Source: Eledone cirrhosa
Taxonomy: Eukaryota
Assembly: GCA_964016885.1 (NCBI GenBank)
Contig: OZ024741.1
Span: forward strand, 236,096,001-236,160,000
Length of the DNA stretch: 64,000 nt
Direction of reading: 5' to 3'
The translations under genes were made by a program, and so were the position numbers. Within the stretch, counting starts at the first letter, position 1; the number at the start of each line of letters is the position of its first letter. Under the pieces are notes generated by a model, which saw nothing but the letters and a program-made list of their open reading frames with translations, had not been told where the DNA came from and did not search any database. Below, one piece after another: positions 29,535 to 41,269 of this stretch.

Positions 29535-30184
29535 CCAGCGACTGGCCAGCGCATCACTGGTACTCTCTTTTGTTGACTCCGTGGAGAGCCATAACTCTAT
29601 GCTGTAAAGCAATTATAGTAATACTGGACTGTAATACGATCGGCTTCAACTATACAAACTCTTGAAAGTCAACAGTTGACATAATCTGGTAATCTTGTAT
29701 CAGTAATGACGGTAATATATATATAGATATATGTGTGTGTGTGCGTGTAAGTGAGTAGAGTAGCGTGTGTGTGTGTTTGTTGTGTGTGTGAGTGTTGCTG
29801 TGTGCACGCATATGTATGCGTGTGTGTGTATGTCGTACGTATAAGTGTCAATAAGTAATTTTTTTTTTTTTTTTTTTTTTTTTGCGCGGGGACATAGAAA
29901 TAATCGGGCTGGATGCCCGATCGCGCAGTTAAACCACTGGGAGTGAAGAACCCCTAGCCCATGTCAGGGTATTCTTCTAGGAGAAGGCATCTCAGGAAAC
30001 TGGGTTAACTCCGATATAAAACCTGCGGCTCAGTAGTTACCGATGATGTTGATCTTTTCTTCTTTTCGGGTTATAGCTACTGTCGCTCAGAGAGTGGGAT
30101 TGGTTCAGTGCACAGTCTTTCCTCACTTTAAAAATATTCGTCACGCACAGGCATTGCACGAGTGCATTAATAATTATTAATAGT

Positions 30185-30221
<37 letters not shown>

Positions 30222-30226
30222 TATTA

Positions 30227-30259
<33 letters not shown>

Positions 30260-33200
30260 CCCAATTCAATGATGTTCCAGAACAATGTAAACGAGATAAT
30301 TGCCAATTTGGGTTCTGGAACAAAAGAGATCATTGGCAATAAGGGCAGGGGCCCCAAGTTATCACAACCTGGGCCCGCCCGTCATCGTGCCATTGTAATA
30401 GAGCCAAACAGGGCATTTAGTCTTGGCTGCTGGAACGTACGGACGCTGCTTGACAGGGATTCTTTGGAGCGTCCTGAACGAAGGACCGCTCTTGTTGCGA
30501 AGGAGCTTCGACGTTACGATCTTGACATCGTGGCTTTGTCTGAGACGAGGTTAGCTGGAGATGGTCATCTTACGGAATTTTGTGGAGAATATACATTCTT
30601 CTGGAAAGGAAGAGATGAAGGAACCAGAAGAGAGGCTGGGGTAGGATTTGCTGTTAAGACTGTACTGGTGAATAAATTAGAAGAATTCCCAGTGGGGATT
30701 AGTGAGCGTCTTATGTCCATGAGAGTTCCGCTGGACAAGGGAAGATATGCTGCCCTGGTGAGTGTGTATGCTCCAACTATGAATTCTGTCGATGAAGAAA
30801 AACTGTCCTTTTACCATGCCTTGAAAGGTGTTTTAAGAAATATCCCTCAGGCAGACAAAGTCATCGTGCTTGGTGACTTTAATGCTAGAGTGGGTAGGGA
30901 TTTTAACACATGGAATGTGATCGGAAGGCATGGGGTGGGAAAGTGTAACAGCAATGGTATGCTCTTGCTGCAGATGTGTGAGGAGCTGGATCTGTGTGTT
31001 ACCAACACCATGTTCCAACAAAAGAACAAATTCAAGACCACATGGATGCATCCTGCATCTAAGGAATGGCATCTTTTGGACTACGTCCTAGTCAGGATGC
31101 GTGACAGACAGGATGTGCGGTGTGTTCGTGTTCTTCGTGGAGCTGAGTGCTGGACGGACCACCGCCTGGTACGCGCAAAAGTGAATCTAATCACCAAACG
31201 TAAAATCCGGGCTCCTGGTGTTACCCTGCCCAAAAGATTGAATGCTGCTCGTCTTAAGGATAAAAATGTGAAGAGGACATTGGAAGAAGAGATGCAGGCT
31301 GCAGATCTTGGTGAGGATTGGCCGACCCTTAAAAAGTCGGTTTATGATGTAGGCAGACGTGTTCTGGGATTGGTGCAGAGAAAACATCAGGACTGGTTTA
31401 ATGAGAAAGATGTGCATATAGATGACTTGTTGGCTGATAAGAGGCGCGCTCTGTCACGCTACTTGACGGCAAGACCACAGGAGAGGAATACGTTGCATGA
31501 GGAGCTCAGGGATGTAAAATCACGTGTTAGGCGGAGTCTTTCTCAGATGAAGGATCAGTGGTGGAGTGAGAAGGCTGGTGAGATACAAACTGCGTCTGAT
31601 TGCAATAACACAAAGCTGTTGTACAGTCTCTTGCGTGAGGTTTATGGACCGTCTTCTTCTCTGGTGACACCGATTCGCAGCAGGGATGGCAAAGAACTTC
31701 TTCGTGACTCACAGGGAATTCTACGAAGGTGGCGAGAGCACTTTGATGATCTTTTGAATCAGCCGTCTGTCGTCAGTGAAGATTTCCTCAATCTCATTCC
31801 GGAAAGTCCTGTGAAAGTAGCTCTCGCAGAGCCTCCGACACTTGTGGAGGTTGCAGTGGCTATTTCGAAGCTGAACAGTGGAAGATCTCCAGGTATGGAT
31901 GGCATACATGCTGAGCTCCTACAATATGGTGGTGAGAGACTCCTGCAACATCTTCACTCTCTGTTTGGAAGGATATGGGCTAATGAATCCGTGCCTGAGG
32001 ACTGGAGAGATGCAGTAATGGTGGTCTTGTACAAGGGAAAGGGTAACAGGAATGATTGTGGGAACTACAGAGGTATATCATTGCTTTCTGTCGTGGGGAA
32101 AGTTTTATGTAGGGTGCTTCTGGACCGTCTGCTGACACACATTGCAGATTGTGTCCTTCCTGAAAGTCAATCTGGTTTTCGTGTTGGACGCGGCACTACT
32201 GATATGATCTTCTCAGCTAGACAGCTCCAGGAGAAGTGCATTGAACAGGGCTTGGATCTGTATCAGGTTTTTGTCGATCTGACAAAGGCTTTCGATACTG
32301 TCAACAGAGATGCATTATGGAAGGTTCTCCAGAAACTTGGTTGCCCTGATAAGTTCCTTGCTTTAGTTAGGTCTTTCCATGACGACATGAAGGCTTGGGT
32401 TAATGTCGGAGGTAACATGTCGGAGCCTATCTCAGTAAAAAATGGAGTGAAACAGGGGGATATTCCAGCACCGACCCTGTTTGCCATATACTTTGCAATG
32501 GTTTTCTGTGTTGCATTCAGGAATTGCGAGCATGGTGTTTACATCCGATATCGAACCTCAGGCAGCATATTTAACATCAGGCGCTTTGCTGCGAAGACAA
32601 AAGTATTTACATCAGTCATAAGAGACCTCTTGTATGCAGATGATTGTGATCTTGTAGCGCACACAGAGAGTGATATGCAGCACATTTTGAATGTATTTTC
32701 TGACGCTTGCACTGCCCTGGGTTTGACTGTCAGTCTCAAGAAAACCGTCGTCATGTACCAACCTGCACCTGGTAGGCAGTACACTGAACCAAACATCTAT
32801 GTGTATGGCAAGCGACTTGGAGTGGTTGATCAGTTTGTCTACCTGGGAAGCACTGTCAATCGATACGGCAACCTTGACAGTGAAATCTCACTTAGGATTA
32901 GGAAAGCAAGTGATGCTTTCGGAAAGCTAGAAAGGCGACTCTGGGGTCGGCGAGACATATGCAGGAGGACAAAGGTAAGGGTGTACAGGGCATGTGTACT
33001 CTCTTGTCTTCTTTATGCCTGCGAGACCTGGGTCACATATCGACGCCACCTTGAGCAATTGGAGCGTTTCCATCAGATGTGTCTCAGACGGATACATGGC
33101 GTTCACTGGAGGGACCACATCAGTGATGTCGAGATTTTGGAAAGCTCTATGTGTGACAGTATAGAAGCTCTTGTGCTTAAGCAGCGACTCCGTTGGAGTG

Positions 33201-33822
33201 GTCACCTTGCCAGGATGAAGGATTCTAGAATACCAAAACAACTCTTCTATGGAGAGTTGGTTAAAGGAAAACGACCGCCACATAAACCAAAAAAGAGGTA
33301 TAAGGATTCCTTGAAGGCCTCTCTGAGAGACGCTAACATCTCTGCTGATACATGGGAAAATATTGCTGCTGATCGTAATAAATGGAGAAAGACTGTATAT
33401 GAGGGAAAAGTTGCCTTTGAGGCATCTCGAATCGCACACGAGAAAGTAAAGCGGGACGTGAGGAAGGGTATTGCTGTTGCACTTCCAGACGGCGAGGGTC
33501 CTCCTATGTTTCTGACATGCAGCGTCTGTGCGAGACTCTGCCTAAGCAAAGCTGGACTCGAAAGTCATCTTCGCAGTCATAAAGTAAGACCAGTGGTTGA
33601 CTACCAGGCTGCTGTTGGAGATGCTACTCATCATGCTTGCCAAACATGTGGTAGAGAATGTAAATCAGCAGGAGGACTCAAGCGACATGCAAAAGTACAC
33701 GAACTCCAACCACAGCCGACTATTCCCAGTAAATGTTTTGGTTGCCGACTCTGTGCAAGACATTTTGGATCATTGGCTGGGCTAAAAAGCCACATTCGAT
33801 CGCAGCACTGTTAGTTGCTATC

Positions 33823-33864
<42 letters not shown>

Positions 33865-33943
33865 GCTTATGTGCGTGCGTGTGTGTGTATATATATATGA
33901 ATATGTATATTATTATTGTTGTTGTCGTTATTATTATTATTGC

Positions 33944-33980
<37 letters not shown>

Positions 33981-34152
33981 GTTATTAATGTATGTGTGTA
34001 TATATGTGTGAGTGTATGTGTATGTATGTGTGTGTGTATATATGTATGTATGTGTATGTATGTGTGTGTGTATATATATGTGTATATATATATATGTGTA
34101 TATATATGTGTGTATATATATATCTTTTTTTTATTTTTTTTTTTTTTTTATT

Positions 34153-34194
<42 letters not shown>

Positions 34195-34278
34195 TTTTTT
34201 TTTTTTTTTTATTTTATTTTTATTTTTTTTTTTTTATTGTGCAATGGCCATACTCGATAACGAGGGGGCAGCCATCAT
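29535..34278 (+). mobile_element. Apparently full-length RTE-clade LINE with triple C2H2 zinc finger
   Basis: TA arrays at both ends; 5' UTR has the RTE-type motif ttctaggagaagg..aactccgatataaaacc; single ORF; terminal stem-loop atggc..ctcgataacgag..gccat. Confidence 0.9.
30269..33814 (+). CDS. RTE polyprotein: APE + RT + 3 C2H2 zinc fingers (1181 aa, intact)
   Basis: WNVRTL, ALSETR, YAPT, LGDFNARVG, LDYVLV, TDH; NYRGISLLS, QSGFR, FVDLTKAFD, GVKQG, LYADD, YLGS; fingers CSVC..HLRSH, CQTC..HAKVH, CRLC..HIRSQH. Confidence 0.95.
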   Translation: MMFQNNVNEIIANLGSGTKEIIGNKGRGPKLSQPGPARHRAIVIEPNRAFSLGCWNVRTLLDRDSLERPERRTALVAKELRRYDLDIVALSETRLAGDGHLTEFCGEYTFFWKGRDEGTRREAGVGFAVKTVLVNKLEEFPVGISERLMSMRVPLDKGRYAALVSVYAPTMNSVDEEKLSFYHALKGVLRNIPQADKVIVLGDFNARVGRDFNTWNVIGRHGVGKCNSNGMLLLQMCEELDLCVTNTMFQQKNKFKTTWMHPASKEWHLLDYVLVRMRDRQDVRCVRVLRGAECWTDHRLVRAKVNLITKRKIRAPGVTLPKRLNAARLKDKNVKRTLEEEMQAADLGEDWPTLKKSVYDVGRRVLGLVQRKHQDWFNEKDVHIDDLLADKRRALSRYLTARPQERNTLHEELRDVKSRVRRSLSQMKDQWWSEKAGEIQTASDCNNTKLLYSLLREVYGPSSSLVTPIRSRDGKELLRDSQGILRRWREHFDDLLNQPSVVSEDFLNLIPESPVKVALAEPPTLVEVAVAISKLNSGRSPGMDGIHAELLQYGGERLLQHLHSLFGRIWANESVPEDWRDAVMVVLYKGKGNRNDCGNYRGISLLSVVGKVLCRVLLDRLLTHIADCVLPESQSGFRVGRGTTDMIFSARQLQEKCIEQGLDLYQVFVDLTKAFDTVNRDALWKVLQKLGCPDKFLALVRSFHDDMKAWVNVGGNMSEPISVKNGVKQGDIPAPTLFAIYFAMVFCVAFRNCEHGVYIRYRTSGSIFNIRRFAAKTKVFTSVIRDLLYADDCDLVAHTESDMQHILNVFSDACTALGLTVSLKKTVVMYQPAPGRQYTEPNIYVYGKRLGVVDQFVYLGSTVNRYGNLDSEISLRIRKASDAFGKLERRLWGRRDICRRTKVRVYRACVLSCLLYACETWVTYRRHLEQLERFHQMCLRRIHGVHWRDHISDVEILESSMCDSIEALVLKQRLRWSGHLARMKDSRIPKQLFYGELVKGKRPPHKPKKRYKDSLKASLRDANISADTWENIAADRNKWRKTVYEGKVAFEASRIAHEKVKRDVRKGIAVALPDGEGPPMFLTCSVCARLCLSKAGLESHLRSHKVRPVVDYQAAVGDATHHACQTCGRECKSAGGLKRHAKVHELQPQPTIPSKCFGCRLCARHFGSLAGLKSHIRSQHC

Positions 34279-34520
34279 ATATGTATGTATATATGTATAT
34301 ATATATGTATGTATATATGTATATATATATGTATGTATATATGTATGTATATATATATGTATGTATGTATGTATATATGTATATATATATGTATGTATAT
34401 ATGTATATATATATATATATGTATGTATATATGTATATATATATGTGTATGTATATATACATATGTATGTATGTATATATGTATGTATATATACATGTGT
34501 ATGTATATATGTATGTATAT

Positions 34521-34944
34521 AGATGACCCCTCCGGGAGAGATGACCCCTTAGCCTTTGTCAAGGCAGAATTCTAGGAGAAGGAAAACTCTGATATAACAC
34601 CTGCAACCCTGATGGTATCCAATGATGGTGACTTGTTCTTATTTTTGGTAAATATCATCTTGGTTAAGAGAGTGGGACTGGCTTTGTGCAGTGCCTTTGC
34701 TCACTATAAAAGCTTCGCGGCACAGGCATTGCTTTATATCTGGAGATCTCTCTGCACTTGTCGTCACATGGTACCATGGGCCCAGCACTCTGTGTCAATA
34801 ATTTTCACAAGTGTAGTCTTTGTACCAGAGTTTTCAAGTCGCTGGCTGGACTAAAAAGTAACACTCGTTCAGCGCATCGGTAGGGGTTCTCCTACATGGA
34901 TATAAAGTAGTGGCCGTACTCGAAAACGAGTTGGCAGCCACCAT
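34521..34944 (+). mobile_element. Bipartite RTE derivative, copy 4 (5'-truncated)
   Basis: Matches ~40130-40543; same 3' terminus. Confidence 0.92.
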
Positions 34945-34973
34945 GTATATATGTATGTATATATGTAAGTATG

Positions 34974-35005
<32 letters not shown>

Positions 35006-35017
35006 TATATATGTATG

Positions 35018-35050
<33 letters not shown>

Positions 35051-35066
35051 GTATATATGTATATAT

Positions 35067-37118
35067 AGAACTAAACTCTCAAACCAGTTGAATAGTCAAC
35101 AAAACAAAATCAAGAAGGAATACTATTTGAAATGTGCACTACTTGACACCGAGATTGCACTCAAACTTTCACATGAGAATGAGAGTGCAAAGAAAGAGAA
35201 CAGGGCCATAGAAAACATTAAAACAAACCCTAAGGCCTTCTTTAAATTTGCAAAAGAAACTGCCTCAGTACACTGCAAGATTGGGCCACTCTTCCACACG
35301 GATGGTTCATTAACCGAAAACCCCCAAGAGATATGTGAAATACTGAACGAACAGTACAAAAGTGTGTTCACATGTCCACTGAGGCACATGCAAATAACGA
35401 AGCCAGAGGAGTTCTTTGATGCCACAACACTACATCAAGAAATGGCAACCATCAACCACATAGACATAACAGAGGAGGATGTGGTGTACGCCATTGATGA
35501 AATTAGAACAGACTCGGTTGCTGGACCTGATGGATTCCCAGCAGTTCTCTTAAAAATATGTAAGCGGGCCTTAGCAACTACACTGAAGATGCTCTTCAGA
35601 AGCTCCTTGGCTAGCGGTGTACTACCCAGGGAGTTGAAAGAAGGCACAAGGTAGTAGAGCGGAGGCTAAGAACTATAGGCCAGTCTCCCTGACGTCGCAT
35701 ATCAGTAAGGTCATGGAGCGAGTCGTCAGAAAGAAACTGATCACATTCCTCGAGGAAAATGACCGCCTGACTAGCACGCAACATGGCTTCCGCCCAGGAA
35801 GAAGCTGCCTTACACAGCTGTTACATCACTACGACTGGGTACTGAGACAACTACTAGACAGCTCACATGTGGACGTGATATATCTTGACTTTGCGAAGGC
35901 CTTTGACAAGGTCGACCACGGAATGATATGTCACAAACTACACGGACTCGGCATAACTGGAAAAGTAGGTGAGTGGCTGCATGGCTTCCTAAGGGACAGA
36001 AGCCAGGCAGTCGTAGCAAATGGGGCCCTCTCAAGGGAAACACCGATGACAAGTGGGGTGCCCCAGGGGACAGTCCTGGGACCACTACTGTTTTTGGTGG
36101 CTCTCTCGGACATGCCCTCTGTGGTGCATGCAACAACATCCCTCACTAGCTATGCTGATGACACTAAGGTAGCACAGGCAATCAAAAACCCGGCTGACGC
36201 TGCCCCTTTACAGCAGGATCTGGATGCCATATACAGATGGGCGGAAGAAAACAACATGCAGTTTAATGCTGGCAAATTCCAAGCCCTACAATACAAACCT
36301 GCAAACACAAATATAGTGGAACACAGCTACACAGGACCAGGAGGGACCGATATCCCCGTGTCAAAATCGATACGAGACCTTTTGCATCTTTTTCTTCACA
36401 CATCATGAAAGTGGCGACAATGTGCAGACGACTCACTGGCTGGATCTTGAGGACTTTCCGGACAAGAGATCGAGACACCATGTTGACACTGTGGGGGACT
36501 TTTGTCCTAAGCCGCCTGGACTTCTGCTCCCAGTTGTGGTCACCCATAGTGTCAAACTAACCACGGAGCTTGAGGCAATCCAGCGAAGCTACACCAAGAG
36601 GATTGCCAAGATGAGGGAGACAAGCTACTGGGAGAGGCTGAAGGAACTGAACCTCTACTCCTTGGAGCGAAGACGGGAGAGATACGCAGTGATCTACATG
36701 TGGAAAATCCTGGAGGGACTAGCACCAAACTTTGGCATTGGGAGCGGGTCCAACCGTCGAACAGGACGTCACTGTGTGGTGCCAAAGGTCCCGTCTTCCA
36801 CATCTAGAATAAGGAGCAGGTATTGCAATAGCCTGGGATTCAAGGGCCCTCAACTCTTCAACAGGCTGCCGAGGCATCTGAGAGTCTTGCATGACGTGGA
36901 GGTGGATGTCTTTAAGAAACATCTCGACACCTTGTTATCCAGGATCCCGGATGAGCCCACAGCAAGACACGAGGGAAACCTAAGGGCAGCAGCAACAAAC
37001 TCCCTCTTACACCAGTGGCCAACCTATACAGGCTGGAGATAAAATGTGTAGCAACAAGGGCGGTGTCCCAGCATGGCCTCAGCCGGATGGCTGAAACAGG
37101 TAAAAGAGTAAAAGAGTA
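35067..37118 (+). mobile_element. CR1-group LINE family B, 5'-truncated and disrupted
   Basis: RT motifs [28 protein letters not shown] split over three frames, with deletions near 35645 and 36380; gtaaaaga tail repeat. Confidence 0.88.
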
Positions 37119-37213
37119 TGTGTATATATATATATATGTATATATATATGTATATATATGTGTATATATATATATGTATATATATGTATATATATATATG
37201 GTATATATATGTA

Positions 37214-37288
<75 letters not shown>

Positions 37289-37306
37289 ATATATGTATGT
37301 ATATAT

Positions 37307-37836
37307 CATCATCATCATCAACGTTTAACGTCCGTGTTCCACGCTTGCATGGGTTTGGACGGGGGTAGTCCCACTTGAGGCAAGCTCGCATAGGACTGTC
37401 TGGCAGGTTTTCTACAGTTGGATGCCCTTCCTAACACCAACCACATTTACAGTGTGGGTCTGGGAGGTTTTTACCGTGTTGCCTACACGGCCACATTACA
37501 GCGTGGACTGTGTGTTTTTTTGTCGTGACACCTACACGATCTCATTTGTTTCGGCCTGGATGGCGCGGCACCAACATAACTTTACATAGAACGGGGTGGT
37601 GTGGATGGGGTGGGGGTGGTGGCGGGACGGGGTGTATTTTGTTAGAGATGCCTACTGGCAAGGCGGGTCTTCTCTGTTACTGAGTACCGCCAAAGGTCTC
37701 GGTCCAGTGACATTGTCTTGGAGAGGTGTAAGTGTGTGAGGTCGGAGTTTATCAGCTCATCCCATGTTTTTCTAGGTCTGCCTATTCCGTGGCTACCGTC
37801 TATCTTTATTGCCCTGCACTTTGTTATACAGCTATC
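37307..37836 (-). mobile_element. 3' fragment of RTE family P2
   Basis: Reverse complement matches ~20503-21193 ([17 protein letters not shown]...) without the UTR duplication; (CAT)n on plus strand. Confidence 0.9.
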
Positions 37837-38123
37837 ATATGTATGTATATATGTATATATATGTATGTATATATGTATATATATGTATGTATATATGTAT
37901 GTATATGTATATATATATGTATATATGTATGTATATGTATGTATATGTATATATGTGTGTATATGTATATATATATGTGTATATGTATATATATATGTGT
38001 ATATGTATATATATATATGTGTATATGTATATATATATGTGTATATGTATATATATATGTGTATATGTATATATATATGTGTATATGTATATGTATATAT
38101 GTATATATATATGTATATATGGA

Positions 38124-38156
<33 letters not shown>

Positions 38157-38254
38157 ATGTATATATGTATGTATATATGTATATTTGTATATATATATAT
38201 ATATATGTATATTTATATTTATATATATATGTATATGTATATATATATGTATAT

Positions 38255-39013
38255 AGAGACTTGGGAGTAACCGTGGACAGCAACATAAGCTGGACCACGC
38301 ATATAAGCAGCAAAGTTGACATGGCCCGCAGAATGTGTTCCTGGATCCTCAGAACCTTCCAGTCGAGAGATTCCCGCACCATTATCCTTCTCTTCTCTAC
38401 TTTCGCCCGACCACACCTTGAATACTGTTGTCCACTGTGGTCTCCCCACACGAAACAAAGTATCATGAAACTTGAAGCTCCTCAAAGGGCAATCACGAAA
38501 AAGATAGATGGCATGTCAGACCTTGACTACTGGGGTCGATTAGAACACCTGAAACTTTACTCACTCCAACGTCGCCGTGAGCGTTATATTATCTGCATGA
38601 TGTGGAAAATGTTCCATCATCACTGCCCAAATGATGTTGGCATCGCCTTCAAGATACACCCAAGGCTTGGGCCCCGTGCTATCCGTCCCATTCAAAAATC
38701 TAAATCGCAACTCATAACAACAATACGGCACAATTATTTCACCTCAATCGGCCCTGCTCTCTTCAACATCACACCAGGACACGTCAAAACAGAAACTGAC
38801 CACACAAAATTCAAGAAGTCTTTGGACAAATTCCTCCAAGTAATCCCGGACAAACCACCCACACCTGGATATGTCTCCGCAAACAGTAATTCTCTTCTCG
38901 AATGGGCCATGGTGCCCAAATCCTGAATTGAAAGACTTCGCCAGGTGGTGCTATTAAGTTAGACATGGCCTGGGCCAATACTGGCCAAAACATTTCAAAG
39001 TTATTCAAAGTTA
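38255..39013 (+). mobile_element. CR1 family A, copy 3 (3' ~760 bp)
   Basis: [10 protein letters not shown]...EWAMVPKS* and the same 3' UTR and tail as copies 1 and 2, in opposite orientation. Confidence 0.92.
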
Positions 39014-39015
39014 TG

Positions 39016-39046
<31 letters not shown>

Positions 39047-39240
39047 ATATATATATATGTATGTATATATATATATGTATGTATATATATATATGTATGT
39101 ATATATATATATGTATGCATATATATATGTATGTATATATATATATATGTATGTATATATATATATGTATGCATATATATATATGTATGCATATATATAT
39201 ATGTATGCATATATATATATGTATGCATATATATGTATGC

Positions 39241-39275
<35 letters not shown>

Positions 39276-39282
39276 TGTATGC

Positions 39283-39314
<32 letters not shown>

Positions 39315-39333
39315 GTATGTATATATATATATG

Positions 39334-39433
<100 letters not shown>

Positions 39434-39496
39434 GTATGTATGTATATATATGTATATATATATGTATGTATATATATATATATGTGTATGTATATA

Positions 39497-39560
<64 letters not shown>

Positions 39561-39563
39561 ACA

Positions 39564-39611
<48 letters not shown>

Positions 39612-39616
39612 ACATA

Positions 39617-39648
<32 letters not shown>

Positions 39649-39739
39649 CATACATATATATATATACATACATATATATATACATACACATATATATATA
39701 TATACATACATATATATATACATATATATACATACATAC

Positions 39740-39827
<88 letters not shown>

Positions 39828-39829
39828 CA

Positions 39830-39861
<32 letters not shown>

Positions 39862-39885
39862 CATACATATATATATATACATACA

Positions 39886-39920
<35 letters not shown>

Positions 39921-39932
39921 GCATACATATAT

Positions 39933-40543
39933 GGTCAGGTCACCAGTTGGTGCTACTGGTAACATGTATCCCAGTACAACCTGTCCCATGGTCGGGTCGT
40001 TGGCGACTAAACTGGCAACCCCGCCAAGGTTTCTTGGTGAGGAGGGTGACTTTGGACATCCTGCAGGACTAAAAACAAAACCTGTCAAAGGGCAAAGGAA
40101 CTCTTAAGAGTCAATGGCCATCCAAAATCACCGGGAGAGATGACCCCTTAGCCTTTGTCAAGGCAGAATTCTAGGAGAAGGAAAACTCTGATATAACACC
40201 TGCAACCCTGATGGTATCCAATGATGTTGACTTGTTCTTCTTTTTGGTAAATATCATCTTGGTTAAGAGAGTGGGACTGGCTTTGTGCAGTGCCTTTGCT
40301 CACTATAAAAGCTTCACGGCACAGGCATTGCTTTATATCTGGAGATCTCTCTGCACTTGTCATCACAGGGTACCATGGGCCCAGCACTATGTGTCAGTAA
40401 TTGTCACAAGTGTAGTGTTTGTACCAAAGTTTTCAAGTCGCTGGCTGGACTAAAAAGTCACACTCGTTCAGCGCATCAGTAGGGGTTCTCCTACATGGAT
40501 ATAAAGTAGTGGCCGTACTCGAAAACGAGTTGGCAGCCACCAT
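39933..40543 (+). mobile_element. Bipartite RTE derivative, copy 5 (longest, ~611 bp)
   Basis: Structured 5' head, RTE 5'-UTR core, zinc-finger remnant and 3' stem-loop; no long ORF. Confidence 0.92.
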
Positions 40544-40694
40544 ATATATATATATGTATGTATATATATATATATGTATGTATATATATATATATATGTA
40601 TGTATATATATATATATATATGTATGTATATGTATGTATATATATATATATGTATGTATATATATATATATGTATGTATATATATATATGTATG

Positions 40695-40725
<31 letters not shown>

Positions 40726-40830
40726 GTATGTATGTATATATATATATGTATATATGTATATATGTATATATATATATGTATATATATATATATGTATATA
40801 TGTATATATGTATATATATATATGTATATG

Positions 40831-40879
<49 letters not shown>

Positions 40880-41269
40880 GTGTGTATATATATATATATA
40901 TGTATATATGTATATATATATGTATATCTATATATGTATATATATATATGTATATATATATATGTCATCATCATCATCATCATCATCACCGTTTTACGTC
41001 CGTTCTTCCACGCTAGCATGGGTTAGACGGGTTGTCCTGTTGTGGGCAGTGTCTGGTCGGCTGACCATGCCTTGCTCATACAGGAACTGATCTGGCTTGA
41101 TTTCTACAGCTGGATGCCCTTCCTAACACCAACCTCATTTACAGTGAGTGCTGGGTGCTTTTTCGTGGCGCCTACACGTCCACTTTACAGTGTGGGCTGG
41201 GTGCTTTTTTGCCGTGGCACCTCCACGACCACCTTGCGGTGGGGGGGGGGGGCATATTGTTTATATGCT

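Noticed and set aside
29535-29715. HDV-like or twister ribozyme at the ZnF-RTE 5' end
   Set aside because: Only short ccag/ctgg hairpins; I could not assemble the nested pseudoknot or twister core by eye.
30833-33549. Antisense ORFs within the LINE coding regions (here and in the other LINEs)
   Set aside because: Short shadow frames of RT genes with no independent motifs.
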